NCBI GenBank assembly: GCA_964016885.1
Contig: OZ024740.1
Location: 325,996,001-326,060,000, forward strand
From: Eledone cirrhosa
Lineage: Eukaryota
Direction: 5' to 3'
DNA: 64,000 bases
This document shows, piece by piece, positions 26,769 to 42,000 of the stretch. Numbering within the stretch: the stretch's first letter is position 1; each line of letters opens with the position of its first letter. The notes under the pieces are model-generated. The model saw nothing but the letters and a program-made list of their open reading frames with translations, was not told the origin of the DNA and made no database searches. Both the position numbers and the translations under genes were made by a program.

Positions 26769-27820
26769 GTAAGTATTTAGTAATTTTTTGTTAATTTTCT
26801 GACTTCTTTGGGCATTGAGTTTGGAGTGTAAGAATGGCTGGTTATGACAATGTATTAGAGGTAGGAGTGGAGGAATGATTGGTTACAAAACTGTATGACT
26901 TTGATGTGGAGGAATGGTTGGTTAGTGTAGTGATAACAATGTATGAAAGAGTGGAATAAATTTATTGTTGATATAACTTTATAAGTATGTATAAACATAT
27001 ATAGCTTGTATTCAATACATGTGTGGAAGTGACGTCCAAACAAGTATCCTCTACCACCAATTAATTTACCCTCTGGGTCCCAGCTGACAGGAGGGAAAAT
27101 GCATTGTCCCAGAGGACAGTGAGGAAATTGCCCTGAAACAGCCACTCCACCTAGCAGGGCTTACATCTGCTGGTGTCAACATTTTTGTTGGTGATATCGT
27201 CACTGCTGTGATTTCTTTTTTTTTTTATTATTAATGGCTAAAATAACTCCCATGGTGTAATGAATTAACTCTTTTGACACTAAACTGCCCTGGCTCTTCA
27301 ATACAAAACTATTTGTTTTAAAATGTTTGTTTATTTTAAAATCTCTCATCCTAATTTTATGTAAGAACCTTTGTAAAGTTGTTCCAAACTAGCTTAATGA
27401 AAAATTCTTGTTTATTTTCAAAATTATTTTAAAATCATTTACAATCTTTAGTTTTGATAATAAAAGGGTTAATTTGTTAGCTTTCGGTGAAAGCTAACAA
27501 ATTCGGTGAAAGCCATCTTGTCTTCATTATCTGTTGACTTGAAGGATTAAGATTTGTAACATGTTTCAATCTCCAATGGGTTTATACTAAGATTTATCTC
27601 TGATTTGTTATTTAGATTATCAAACTTTACATAGCTACTTTCTTTAGTTCAGGCCAGAGCAATCGTTGTTGGCTGCAAACTATTAGGCAGATCTTTTTCA
27701 TCTAGCAATGAATTCATCTGTTAAGATATTCCAAGGTTTCAAATAAACAAAAGTTGAAATGTTCCTGTCTTTAATGGTTTTTATAGAGGCATCAGAAGAA
27801 TTGAAAATAAAATTACCAAA

Positions 27821-27858
<38 letters not shown>

Positions 27859-30800
27859 TGTGCCATTGTATCTATTTTCCAAATGTGGAACCTGTGAGCA
27901 AGAGGAGGCTCTCCAATCAGTCTTGGACTGTGATGTTCTGTCCAACCCATGCCAGTGTGGAAAATTGACATAAAATGACGATGATAGACTCTACCTGAAA
28001 TTCAAAGGTCCAGCCTTATTATATATTGTTACACTGATTCTGCCTGAGGAGTCTGGAATAAACACTTAAATGTCAAAACCAATGGAGGTCTTTTTTTTTT
28101 TTTTTTTATTCTTAAACAATGTCAAGATCTCCATCCTTTTTATAAGTCAGGTTGTTATTGGAGGAAAATGTGGCTGTTATTCCTAGTAGGTCAAGCTCCC
28201 TTGAAATTTTTTTGGACTCTTCAGTAGTATCAAGAACACAACACCCTCTCTAGTACTAGTAAAGTGGTTGGAGTTAAGGGCATGCAGTTGTAGAAACCAT
28301 GTCAATGGTTTTAAACATCTCTTCAGTTGTGCCGAAGACATGACAACTTTCCTAGTGATGGTTCTATGGTAAAATGCACCAATTACACTCTGCAAAAGTG
28401 GTTAAGAAGGATGTCCAACCATAGAAACCCCATCAATACTGGAACCTCTATAACTGAGATGTGGCCCTCAGCTTGTTTGGGATGACAATAACTCTGATTA
28501 AGTACTAACTTGGTTATGTGACAACTCATCCAACCCATACTAGCATGGAAGAACAGAATTTAAATAATGACTGACAGTAATGCTCTGAATTAGTCATCAA
28601 AACTATTGATTTATTCCACATTAACCGTCAATATTTAATTTCTCTAAAACTTCAATTCTCTCTGTATCAACCAACACCTGTTCCATAATTCTTTGGTCAC
28701 ATGTTCAATCCCTCTGCTTACATACCATTTCTTAATAACATTCCAGCTGTTACAGGTTCTTTTTTCCTTTGTCTTTTTTCCATTTTTTTAATATCTGCAG
28801 CCTAGACTGTTTAACCCATTCGTTACTATATTTCTAATGAAAGACACTTCCTATAGTTTTCATATAATTTTGAAAATAATCAATTTGGAGGGATTTAGTA
28901 ATAACTTTCTCATCATTAATCTGATGTTTAGAACATAGCTTAACAATGGTTCTTACACAAATTTGATAGGTTTTTAGATAAATATGAACACTACAAAAGT
29001 GGTTGAGGGCATCCAGCTATAAAAACCCCATCAAAACTGGAACCATATTTATAGACAGACCCTATGACTTTTATATAATTTGAAAATAATCAATTAAACT
29101 GGTGTTTGGAACATAGCTTAACAAAGGTTCTTAAAAAAAATTATGATGGAAGGCTTTTAGATAAATCTAAACATTTTAAAATAAACAATATATTGTAGAA
29201 AGGCTCTTTCAGGAAGTTTGGTGTCAAAAGGGTTAAAATAAATAATTTAGCCTTTTTGTTACCATTTTTCTAATGAAATACGCTGCCAATGTGTTTCAAT
29301 TGATTTTGAAAATAAGAAAAATTAGAGGAGTTTAGTAATATAACTAAGTTTTTCATTAGAATGCTGCTATTTGGAACATAAACCTTTTTTACATAAAATT
29401 ATGATATAATTTTGAACACTTTGACACTATATCATAAAACCAGGAGTGGTTTCAGGCAGTTTGGTATTCAAACATTTTTTTTTAAATCTTTTCTTCTAAA
29501 AGATCAATGAAGCCACTACTAATTCATTGATGTGGAATGGGTTAAAATGAACAAGTATTAAGATTAAGATAAAGCGATTATTTTTCTTTTTGACTTCAAA
29601 TATAATTTTCAACTCATTATCATTTTACTCATTTTATTAATTCTTTTTCTGGTTTTAGTAATCTGACCGGCCATGGTGGGACACCACCTTGATTTAGTTA
29701 ATCACATTGACCCCTTGTACTACTTTTATAACTGGTCCTAATCATTAGACTGAGGACATGCAGGGCACAGCTGTGATTTAGTCAATGATATCAGTACCTG
29801 TTATTTTATTGATCCCTTTTTTGTTTAATCACTAGCAGTTACAAGACATAACAGGGGTGCACACACAACACGGGTACACACACAACACTGGTGCACACAC
29901 ACGGGCGCACACAATTGGCTACTACAGTCTCCATCTACCAAATTCCACTTAGTCATACCTGAGACTATAATAGAAGACACTTGTCCAAGATGCCACCACA
30001 CAGTGGTACTGAACCCAGAAGCACATGGTTGTGAAGCAAACATCTTAACCACTCAGCCATGTCTGTGCCCCAATTTACTATAAACATTAGATATTTTTTG
30101 TTAAATCATTACATGTTAAGTTAAAAGATTACAATTAACCCTTTTTTATTTTATTTATTTATTCATTGTATTTTTTTATTTTATTTTATTTTGTTTTAAA
30201 AAACATTTGAATATATTTTTTTACCAATTAAGTTTGGAATCTATTTTTATCTTCATTCAATCTTTTCAGCTTTATAATACATGTTAAGGAATAAAATCAT
30301 TGACAACTTCATTAAGAAGCTGACAGTTTAACACAAAGACTTCCCCATTTGCCTGAATACATGAACCGAAATAAGTGAATTAGGTTGCTATAATTTAGCT
30401 GTCTTAACTTGTAGAAAATAATTCTGAATTTCTGTATGGTTTTAACTATACTTTTTTTTTCTATAATTCTTCATTCAATAATTACAGCATCAAAGAGTTG
30501 TTTTTAGCCATTTAAAAACACAAAAACTTTATTTTATATCTATTATATATTATATAATCTTTGTTTAACGTCCATTTTCCACGCTAGCATGGGTTAGACG
30601 GGAGTTGTCCCACTTGAGGTAAGGTTGGTCGGGTGACCATGTCTCCCTCATATAGGACTATCTAACAGGTTTTTTACAGCTGGATGCCCTTCCTAACAAC
30701 AACCACATTTGCAGTGTGGAACTGGGAACTTTTTACCGTGTTACCTACACGGCCACATTACAGCGTGGACTGTTTTTTTTTTTTTCCTCATGACACCTTC

Positions 30801-33800
30801 TCGATCTCATTTATCTCATTTATTTGGACTGGATGTTGTGGTACCAACTTTATAGAGAGGGTGGTGTTGGTGGGAGGATAGGGTATGGGTAGTGGATTGG
30901 GGTGTATATTTGGTTAAGAGGTGCCTACTGACTGTAGGTTTCGTTTTGTACATAGGCAAGGCGGGTCTTCTGTATTACTGCATAGCGCCAAAGATATCGG
31001 TCCAGTGACATTGTCTTAGAGAGGTGCAAGTGTGTAAGATCGGAATTTATCAGATCATCCCAGGTTTTTCTGGGTCTACCTACTCCGTAACTACCATCAA
31101 TTTTGATCGCTCTGCACTTTTTTATACAGCTGTAGTCTTTCATGCGCATCGCGTGGCCATACCAACGTAGTCTTCTCTCGAGTAAACAGCATCTGATCCC
31201 TCTTATTCCTAATTTCTCACTTAGTTCATTTATGCTTTGCCGTTCACGTATATTACTATTACACATCCAACGGAGCATGCATGCTTCATTCCTTTCCAGT
31301 CTATGCAGGTCCTCTGCACGCAATGCCCATGTCTCACTGCCATGTAGCATTGCTAATCATATACAAGCATCATACAATCTGCCTTTCATTTTTAGAAACC
31401 TTTTTGTGGCCAACAGTGGTATAAGCTCTCTGAACTTTTCCATCCCGTTCTGACTCTGGCTACTGTAATTTCAGAACACCCTCCACCACTGCTGATTTTG
31501 TCACCCACTATTATATATCTATTATATATCTATTATCCCGCCGAGGTTAACTTTGACTTTCATCCTTATGGGGTCGATAAAATAAAGTACCAGTAATGTA
31601 CTGGGTAATTGCTGGCCAAAAGTAGAAACAATTATATATCTATTATATAATAGAAACAAGTACCACCAATCTCTGGGAGGGCTCTGTAGAAACAGTAGAC
31701 AGCTTCTGCTACCTAGATGACCAAATTAGCAGCGGAGGTGAGTGTTCAGAAAGTACAATAACTAGGGTAAGAACAGGATGGAAGAAGTTCAGGGAACTAC
31801 TGCCACTGCTAGCTGCAAAAGGCTTCTCCCTCAAAATGAAAGGCAGACTGTATGATGTGTGTATCCAAACAACAATGTTACATGGTAGTGAGACCTGGGT
31901 GCTGAAGGTGAAAGACTTGCGTAGATTAGAAAGAAATGAAGCCTGCATGCTCCGATGGATGTGTAATAGTAATATACATGAACAACAAAGCATAAATGAA
32001 TTGAGAGATAGACTGAGCATAAGAGGAATCAAATGCTGTGTGTAGGAGAGGCGGTTGCGTTGGTATGGACATGTGATGCGTATGAAGGATGACAGCTGCA
32101 TAAAAAGGTGCAGAGCACTAGAAGTCAATGGAAACCACGGAGTGGGGAGACCCAAGAAGACCTGGGATGAGGTGATAAAAGCCGACCTTACCCAATTACA
32201 CCTCTCAAAGGCGATGACACATGACTGTGACCTCTGGCGTCACGCAGTAATACAGAGTACCCGACCTCCCATGGGTACAAGCTGAAGCATATAGACAATA
32301 TGCTCGCACACCCTCCCACTGCAAGGTGGTCGTGGAGGTGCCACGACAAAAAAGCATCCCGCCCACACTGTAAAGTGGACGTGTAGGCGCCACGGAAAAA
32401 GCACCCAGCACTCACTGTAAATGAGGTTGGTGTTAGGAAGGGCATCCAGCTGTAGAAATCAAGCCAAAATCAGTTCCTGTATGAGCAAGGCATGGTCAGC
32501 TGACCAGACACTGCCCACAACAGGACAACCCGTCTAACCCATGCTAGCATGGAAGAACGGACGTAAAACGATGATATATAATATCTATCTATTATATATC
32601 TATCTATTATATATCTATTATATATCTATTATATATCTCTTATATATCTCTTATATATCTCTTATATATCTCTTATATATCTCTTATATATCTCTTATAT
32701 ATCTCTTATATATCTCTTATATATCTCTTATATATCTCTTATATATCTCTTATAGTTAAAATTGTTGCACTCTCTGCAATCCAACCTGGTCACCGAAATG
32801 GGTTCTACTGCAAAATTACTCATCTGAGCTGTAATTGCTTTAGTTTTCACACAGTCTCAGATCAAGTCACTTGCCAGACATGTACAACTGTGACTGTGGT
32901 CTCGGGTCAAGCTACTTGCCAGACGTGTACAGATCCAAAATTGTCATTAGATCTTTTTTGTGAGAGAGAGAAAATAGTTATTTTGCTAATTATAAATACC
33001 ACTGCATATCTTTATTATCTACAACTGGACGGATATACAGTTGAAACCTTTTGATACTGATCTGGTCAAAACCAGACTCGGGATCTATGAAACAAACGGG
33101 CTCCTATTTAAATTAAAATCTAAAATAATTTAATACAAAAATCATATATTAAAAATATCTTAATGAAATAATTAATAATTTTATTTAATCCATTCAAATT
33201 CTTCATTAACTCATTCATCTCCTGTGTATTTCATGAGAAATATGAAAGGGTTAAAATATTTTCTTTTAGCCATTTCCTGGTTTGTCATTAGACAGTGGCC
33301 ATACTGGGGCACAGTCTTAAATGGATTCAGTTGATCATATCCACGCCAGCACTTTTTTTTTGTTTTGTTTTTTTGTTCAAGCTTGTTACTTGTTATTGAT
33401 TTCTTTTATTGAGCTGCTAAGTATGGAGTGTGCTCACGCACAAACGAACGATGACAGGCTTTTGTAGTTTCCATCTCCAAAATTTCACTTCCAATGCATC
33501 ACACTCTCTCTCTTATACTCATTAGTGTCATCCTTCATGTCATTGGTCAATGTTTCTACTGTTGACTGAGTGGTTAAGACATTTGCTTTGCAATCATGAG
33601 ACCCCCCCAGGTTCAATTCCACTTTGTTGCTGGACTTTGAATTATAAGTGCAATCCATCTTGTATTATAGTATAATTCCACAGATGCACATACTCTTAAT
33701 GTATTCTCAAGTAGACTTAGTATGACACAGTATGTGACAAGGCTGGAGTCCATGTAATATAGTGTAAGTGACAAGGCTCCAGTCCATGTAATATAGTGTA

Positions 33801-35835
33801 AGTGGTTGAGTATTCCACAGACGCATGTACCCTTAATGTAGTTCTTAAACCAAATCAGTATGACAAGGCTGGACATTGGAATTACAGGTATAGGCTTCCA
33901 CACAGTTTTTGTCTGCCTAATTTTACTCACAAGGCTTGAATCAACCCAAGGCTATGATATAGATATTTGCCCAATATACAATGCAGTGAGATTGAACCTG
34001 GGGCCTCATAACTGAATGGTTAAGAAGCTCGCTTCACAATCCTGTCAAAGTTAAAATGTTAGTCTGTCTTGAGTCCAGAGGCTCTTCAGACCAGTACTTA
34101 ACCCAGTTTCCGTGGTGTGAAGTGACTGAGTACAAGACTCTTCCCCTAGTCAGGACGCCAGTCCATCACAGGGTTAATCCCCCCCCAACTATTGCTGATA
34201 CTCAATTTCAGCTGAGTATACTGGAGTAACATGAAATGAAGTGTTTTGCTCAGGACCACAACGCAACCCAACCCAGGAATCTAACCCACATTATGATTGT
34301 AAGTCCAATATCTTTACGTACAAGGCCATGTGCCTCCCCTGTCATGCTTCGGTCCTAATGGTTATTGTAAGTATGATAGACAGCAATTGGATAATATCAA
34401 CATTCTATAGAATTGGACGATTTCCAATATTTTGAAGGTTTAGTCAAAACTGTTGATTCCTAGATTCGAGGTTATTATTAAAACATGAGGGTGGGTAGAT
34501 TGGCAGTAATGGTAGAGCATCGGGCAATATACTTTGTGGTATATAGTTACGTCTCTTTACGTTCTGAGTTCAAATCCCACTGAAGTTAGCTTTGTCTTTC
34601 ATCCTTACTGGGTCGATAAAATAAAGCACCAGTAATGTGCTGAGGTCAATTTAATCGACTGTCCCATCCCCTTCAAATTGCAGCATTGTGCCTAAAGTAG
34701 AAACAATTAAAATTGACAAATCACATGACAGCTGCACTCTAACATCTGGAATCCTTATACCAGTAATTGGTGTGGGTTTAGTTATCATACTGCGTGTTTT
34801 GAGTATGGTTCTGAAGGGCGTGATTGGTTTTATTTTGTCTTATGTAATATCTAGTTGGTGGGATTGAGTATAGATTTATGGATATTTGCTTGAGTGTGTA
34901 GTGTTGGTTTGGTGTAGGTTTGTGTTTATATTTGGGCGATTATTATATTTATATAATTTATAAGATATAAATATAAAATATATACATATATATATATGTA
35001 TGTGTATAAGTATATATATATATGTATGTGTATAAGTATATATATATATATATGTATGTGTATAAGTATATATATATATGTATGTGTATAAGTATATATA
35101 TATGTATGTGTACATATATGTATATGTGCATGTGTACATATATATGCACATGTATATATGTGTGTGTGTGTACATACATATATATATCATCATCACCGTT
35201 TTACATCCGCTCTTCCATGCTAGCATGGGTTAGATGGGTTGTCCTGTTGTGGGCAGTAGCTGGTCGGCTGACCATATCTTGCTCATACGGAACTGATTCT
35301 AGCTTGATTTCTACAGCTGGATGCCCTCCTAACACCAACCTCATTTACAGTAAATGCTGGGTGCTTTTTTTTTCTGTGGCACCTACACAACCACTTTAGT
35401 GTGGGCTGGGTGCTTTTTTACCGTGGCACCTCCAGACCACTTTGCAGTGAGAGGGGGTGGGGCATATTGTCTATATGCTTCAGCTTCGGCTTGTACCCAT
35501 GGGGACTCGGTCTTCTGTATTACTGCGTGACGCCAGAGGTCGTGTGTCATTGCCTTTGAGAGGTGTAATTGGGTAAGGTCGGCTTTTATCACCTCATCCC
35601 AGGTCTTCTTGGGTTTCCCCACGCCGCGGCTTCCATCAACTTCTAGTGCTCTGCACCTTTTTATGCAGCTGTCATCCTTCATACGCGTCGCATGTCCATA
35701 CCAACGCAACCTATTCTCTTGCACACAGCATTTGATTCCTCTTATGCTCAGTCTCTCTCTCAATTCGTTTATGCTTTGCCATTTGCGTATATTACTATTA
35801 CACATCCATCGGAGCATGCATGCTTCATTCTTTCT

Positions 35836-35871
<36 letters not shown>

Positions 35872-35979
35872 GCATCATCGTTTAACGTCCATCTTCCATG
35901 CTAGCATGGGTTTGTGTATATATGTATGCATTTGTGTGTGTGTATATGTGTGTGTGTTTGTGTGTGAGTATATATACTT

Positions 35980-36015
<36 letters not shown>

Positions 36016-39000
36016 GTGTGTGTGTGTGTGTGTATATAGCGTGAAACTAATAAAACGTTTGTTTTTGCATCTGCGTTTGTCTAGTTTATTCTTGAACTAG
36101 CTATAATTGCACAAAATAAAATATTCCAATATGTTGTGCTTGTTATTGTTGTTGACGTAGTTTGTTTTTATATAATTCTCTACATCCTTGAATATCCTCT
36201 AGTTCCTTCTGTGACTTATTTTTAGTTTCGTTGTTTTGGGATTGTTTTTGTTTTTTAACAAAAATCAGATGTTATACTGCATTGCGTTATGATGTTGGAT
36301 AGAATTATCAATATCTCATGTGGAATATAGGTTTACCAATATCTTACAATATATGTGTGGAATATAAGTTTACCAATATCTTACTGTTTGTATGTGTGGA
36401 ACATAAGTTTACCAATATCTTACTTTGTATATGTATGCTCCTTACATTTCTTCATGTGACCACATTATGAACGATGTGGTCATGGAAAGGGTCTGGCTGG
36501 GTAATCTATGTGTGACCATCACTGTAAGATGGCAGACAATGCTTGGTCACATGTTACACATGTCCATGATTAGACCAGTGATGGCCTTTCTCAAATGGAA
36601 GAAGGGTGGCACAGAGGGCAAGGCAGACCCATCAAGACTTGTTAAATCATTACAGGATGTTAAGAGTTATGTGTATGCATCATAAGTTGGTGACAGTGGT
36701 TGCTTTAAACCAATAGTTCCCAACCTTTTTTCGAGCAAGGCTCCATTGATTTAAATTAACTTTCCCATGGTCCCCTTTCCTCTGCTATAATTATTCCCCA
36801 CCCTGATTTTTATACAGTAAGAAAAACAATTGAAAGAGGAATGTTTAAATATAGAGAAGAATGAATACTCAATGTGTGTAGATTGCTTTTAAAAAAGGAT
36901 TCGGAAATTTCACCTTAGTTCATTAACCTTCAATACTACCATTGCAGACTCTGTCATGGACAATAAGTTCACTCTTAATATCCTGTACCAAGTGAAACTA
37001 TGACTTCATCATATTAAGTATTAAAGTTTTTACTTTAATATCGCAGATTTTTACAATCTGTCCACTGGTAAGGATATTATTGTAAACATTTGAATTAGGA
37101 AATTTGTTTTTATATTTTTCTTTTCTGATAATTTATTACAGGATTTTAAGAGTTAACTTTATATTTATCATTACAGGTTGGTGACAATGTGATTGCACTG
37201 AGTGAGGGCCAATGTTGGGCAGAAGTTGCCAGTGTTCCTGTCAAGTATGTGTACAAAATGCCAGAAGGAATGAGCTTCCATGATGCTGCTGCTATTGCTA
37301 TGAACTACCTCACTGCTTACATCCTTCTTTTTGATATTGGTAATTTACGTGCTGGACAATCAATTCTTGCACACAGTATAGCTGGCGGAGTTGTGAGTAC
37401 AGTATTCTTATTTAGCCCTTTAACATTTACTTTACTCTATATTTACTATTGTATTTTCACAGTAAAGGCTTTACCTCACATAATTATCTGACTTAATATC
37501 AAGTCTGAGATTTTTATATTATTTATTTTGAGAACAATACCTGAACATCTGTATGAGTGGTCGGTTAAGCAGGTTTGAACAGAAAGACATGGAATTCTGG
37601 CTGGATACAGCCGGTTTAAACCTTTCAAGTACATAGGTCATTATTAACTCTTTCATTACCATATTTCTAATGAAATACACTGCCAATGGTTTTCATATAA
37701 TTTTGAAAATAATCAAGAATTTGGAGAGATTTAGTAATGTAACTAACTTTCTCATTAATCTGGTGCTTGGGGCATAAGGCACTTTAACCATTTTGTTACC
37801 ATACTTTCTATTGAAAGAGACTGTCTATGGTTTTCAAATCGTTTAAAAAATAATCAAGCATTTTGAGAAATTTAATAATGTAACTCATTTTCTTGTCATA
37901 AAGCTGGTGTTTGGAATATAACATGTAAACCAGAGCCTGCTTTGAAGATGACAGGGTGCAGTGAAGCTTGATTCAAATATCTGAGCTTTACTTTGACCTA
38001 TGACAGTGAAGATGGTGCTGAGATACTTGAATTGATCAACTTATTCCAGAATCTTGCCATTGAATTTGATGGGGATTCCTCTAGATAGCCAGATGCCTAT
38101 ATATAGTATCTTCATCTTGACTATTTTGATTATTGTTTCTCTTTATGGTATTGCCAAAGCTAGGCAGTTAGGAATGAGCTCCCACTGCCCATAACCAATT
38201 GCTCCATATGACATATGCAACATGATCACTTCTGCTGAACAAACTCTCCCCTCATGCATCCTCATCACAGTAGTGCTACTACAATAGTGCTGCACCCTCA
38301 CTTTCACACCCAGCACTAAGTAAAACTACTCACCTAAAATCTCCAGTATGTGTCAGCTTTTGGATCCAATGGCTATTGGTGTTGCTGACTGCTCATTCTG
38401 AGGTTCAGGACACATCTGTCCCAATGGGGTTGAACTCTGTCAGTAAATAGCTTGTTTTTTTTAATGAAATCCAAGACGCATCTTGCCCAAACTTTGGTAG
38501 CTATACATGGTGCTGACCTCATCCCCACCACCGTCTCATTCGCACCGCCAGCTCATCCTCGCATCCTCCTCTATTGCACCCTCTCACCACCACAACCATT
38601 TACTCCCTCTTTCCCTCCCTCTCTTTCCCTCCTCCCCTTCTAATTCCTCCCCCCTCTTTCCCCCTTTCTATTCATCCTCCCTTCTTTAACCCCCCTCTAT
38701 TTCATTGTTTCACCCACTATAATTATCCACCATGTCACCCCCTTTATATTCCAGGGCCAAGCTATAATCCAGTTATCTAAAACTGTTGAAAATGTCACAT
38801 TATATGGAACAGCCTCTGCACACAAACATGAATCACTGAAGGACAAAGTTTCACACGTCTATGACCACAGTTTGGACTACACACAGGAGATACGGAAGTA
38901 AGTAATCATCATAACTCCATCACCTCCAGTCGCCCCCCCCCCCCCCCCTCAGCGTTACCTTCACCATCACCACCAAGTGAGTATTTAGTAGGAGCTACTG

Positions 39001-42000
39001 ACGTCTCAAGCAGTCCGAGGGGCCTCACATCATGCTTACATGAATTCCAGATACTAGGTGAATTTTATCATGGCACCATACCAAAGAGGTTGTCATGTCC
39101 TTGACACAACTGAACTGTCTTCTCAACCTTTTGTTTTACAATTTTTCTATGGCTGGACATACTTCCTAATAATTGTTTCTATTGGCACAAGGCCAGCAAT
39201 TACCCAGTACATTACTGGTACTTTATTTTATCGACCCCGTAAGAATGAAAAGCAAAGTTAACCTTGGCGGGATTTGAACTCAGAATGGCAAGGGCCGTAA
39301 CTCTATACGTCAAAGCATGGTGTCCGACCCTCTACCGATACTGCGAATAAGGATTTCTAGTATAACCACAAGGCCAGTAATTTTTCTTTTTTTTTGGGGG
39401 GGGGGGGGGGGGGGGTCGATTAAATCACCCCCAGTACGTTACTGGTACTTTATTTTATCGACCCAGTAAGGATAAAAGGTAAAGTTAACCTCGGCGGGAT
39501 TTGAACTCAGACCGTAAAGGACTGTAACTCTATGCTGCAAAGCATGGCGTCCAACCCTCTACTGATACTGCCAATCCACCGCCCTTACTCTTCCTAATAA
39601 TAACCACCTTACAAGATGTTGTGACACCAACTCTAAGGAGGTTGTCATATTCATGAAATAAACTAGTCCTTCCAATCCTTTATTTAGATGGTTTCTATAA
39701 CTGGATGCCCTTCATGTCACCAACCAGTTTAAAATGTACTAGCTGCATTTTATAGTAACACCAGCATTAGAGAGATCATGTATTTGACACAAGTGAAGAG
39801 TCCTCTTGACTTTGGCAAATTTTCTACAGCTTGATGTCCTTCCTAACCCCAACCATCTTTAGCTTTTTCTGTTCTTACTCTAACACTCATCATCACCACT
39901 TGTTGTTGTTTTATTAATTTCTAAAACCCTGTATTGTTTTAAAGGATTTCTCCAGAGGGTGTTGATATAGTAATGGATTGTCTCTGTGGAGATGACACAA
40001 ACAAAGGAATCAGTTTGTTGAAACCTATGGGACGGTACATACTGTTTGGTGAGTGTTTTAACAGATTTTGTTTTATCTTTTCATCTGGTTTCAGTTATTT
40101 GACTGCCAGCAGATTTGAGCACTGCTTTGATTTAGTTGATCGTATTGATCCCAGTACTTTTACTGTTTCCACTCATTGGACTGTGGCTTTGCTGGGACAC
40201 TGCCTTGATTTAGTCAATCATATTGACCCCTAAGACATTTTAATTTTAAGTCCAATACATATATTATCGATTTCTTTTTGTCAAACTGTTAAGTTATGAG
40301 AAATAAACAGCCACAAATGTAAACACTCATATATACTTGGCTCGTTTGCTCTTTCTCTGTTAAAATGATGTGCATCTGCAGTTTGTCTATCAAATTCCAC
40401 TTCTAAGACTGGCATTACTCAACCTGGAGCTATAGTAGAAGAGACCCAAATTACTGTGCAGTGATGACTGGACTCAGAACCATGTGATTGTAACTACACA
40501 GCCATGTTTTATTTATTTTTGAGACACTCAATTTCCATAAATAGCACACAGAAATTTTCAAAAAGCAGAAGATTGTTAGAAAGTATCCCAGAACGAATAT
40601 TTTGCAAGTAAATATAAAAAACTGTCTGAAACTGCCACTGTTTTTATGATACAAAACTGTTTAAAGTGTTTATATTTATTTAAAAACCTTATGTTAGAAA
40701 ATTTGCTGTGTTCCAGCTTAATGTGAAAGTTGGTTATATTACTAAACCCTTCAAAATTCTTGATTATTTTCAAAATATAAAAAAAGTCAAAATTGACAGA
40801 TTTTTAGATAAATATTTTATGTAAGCACCCTTGATTAGTTATGCTCTAATCACTGAGAAAGTTAGTTATGTTACTATATCCTCCAAATTATTTGAAAATC
40901 TTAGTGCCTTTCATTAGAAACATGGGAATAAGAAGTGCATATATTTATCTAAAAATCTTCCATCATTATTTTATTCAAGAACTTTTGTTAAACTGTTAAT
41001 AATGGTTTTTGATTTAGCACAAGGCCAGCAATTTGGGGGAAGGGGAAAATCGATTAAATCAACCTCGGTGCATTACAAGTGGTTTATTTTATTGGCCCCT
41101 TAAAGATGAACGGCAAAGCTAACCTCGGTGGGATTTGAACTCAGAATGTAAAGGGCCATAACTCTGTTCTGAAGCAGGGTGTCCAATGCTTTACCAATAC
41201 TACCAATCCACTGCCTTAATAATCGAAGTTATATTACGAAATCCTACGAACTTGATAATTTTCTTTGAAAATAGCCACAAATATAAGGGAAAAGCATAAA
41301 CTGCTTTGTTTTTCTTACTTTACTTTACTCCAGGATTTCTAATTTGCATTGTACCAGCTTTCCCAAAACAATCTTAACCACACATATGTTTTATATAAAC
41401 TATACTACTTTGTTCTATTATAATTTCATTCACATCTCGTGTTTTATGACGACTACATTCATTGATGGAAATGGATTTTAGGAATTAGAGGGTTATGCTG
41501 TTGTTGGTGGATTCAATTAAACTGAATTGCTTTAATACTTTTTCATATTAACTTGGCAATAACCAGCTCTGGTCCTATCAAACAAAACCACCAAAAAGGT
41601 TCCTGTTTAAATTGAAAATTTCCAACATTATTTTATCTGAGAACTGTTAAATTACTTATCTTAGTAATAAAATAATTGATAGTTTTAGTAAATCTTTCAA
41701 AATTCTTAATTAAATCTAAAACCAATTTCTGTCTGTTGTAGGAACTGCCAGTGTGGTTACTGGAGAAACTAAAAGTTTCTTCAGTTTTGCAAAATCAGTG
41801 AGTTTCTTAACTTCTTACTTCAATATAATCCTTGCTGTTCTATAATAGATCTTCTTTTCCCACTTATTCCTGAGAGGGTCGTAAGGGTAGTCCTCAAACA
41901 CTCCTTCCAGTGGGTCCTGCCAAAAGCAATCATCTCCAACTGATCCAGCTTGATCCTCAAGCGAGACCAGCCAAGCTCATGGATGTTATCTAACAATCTT

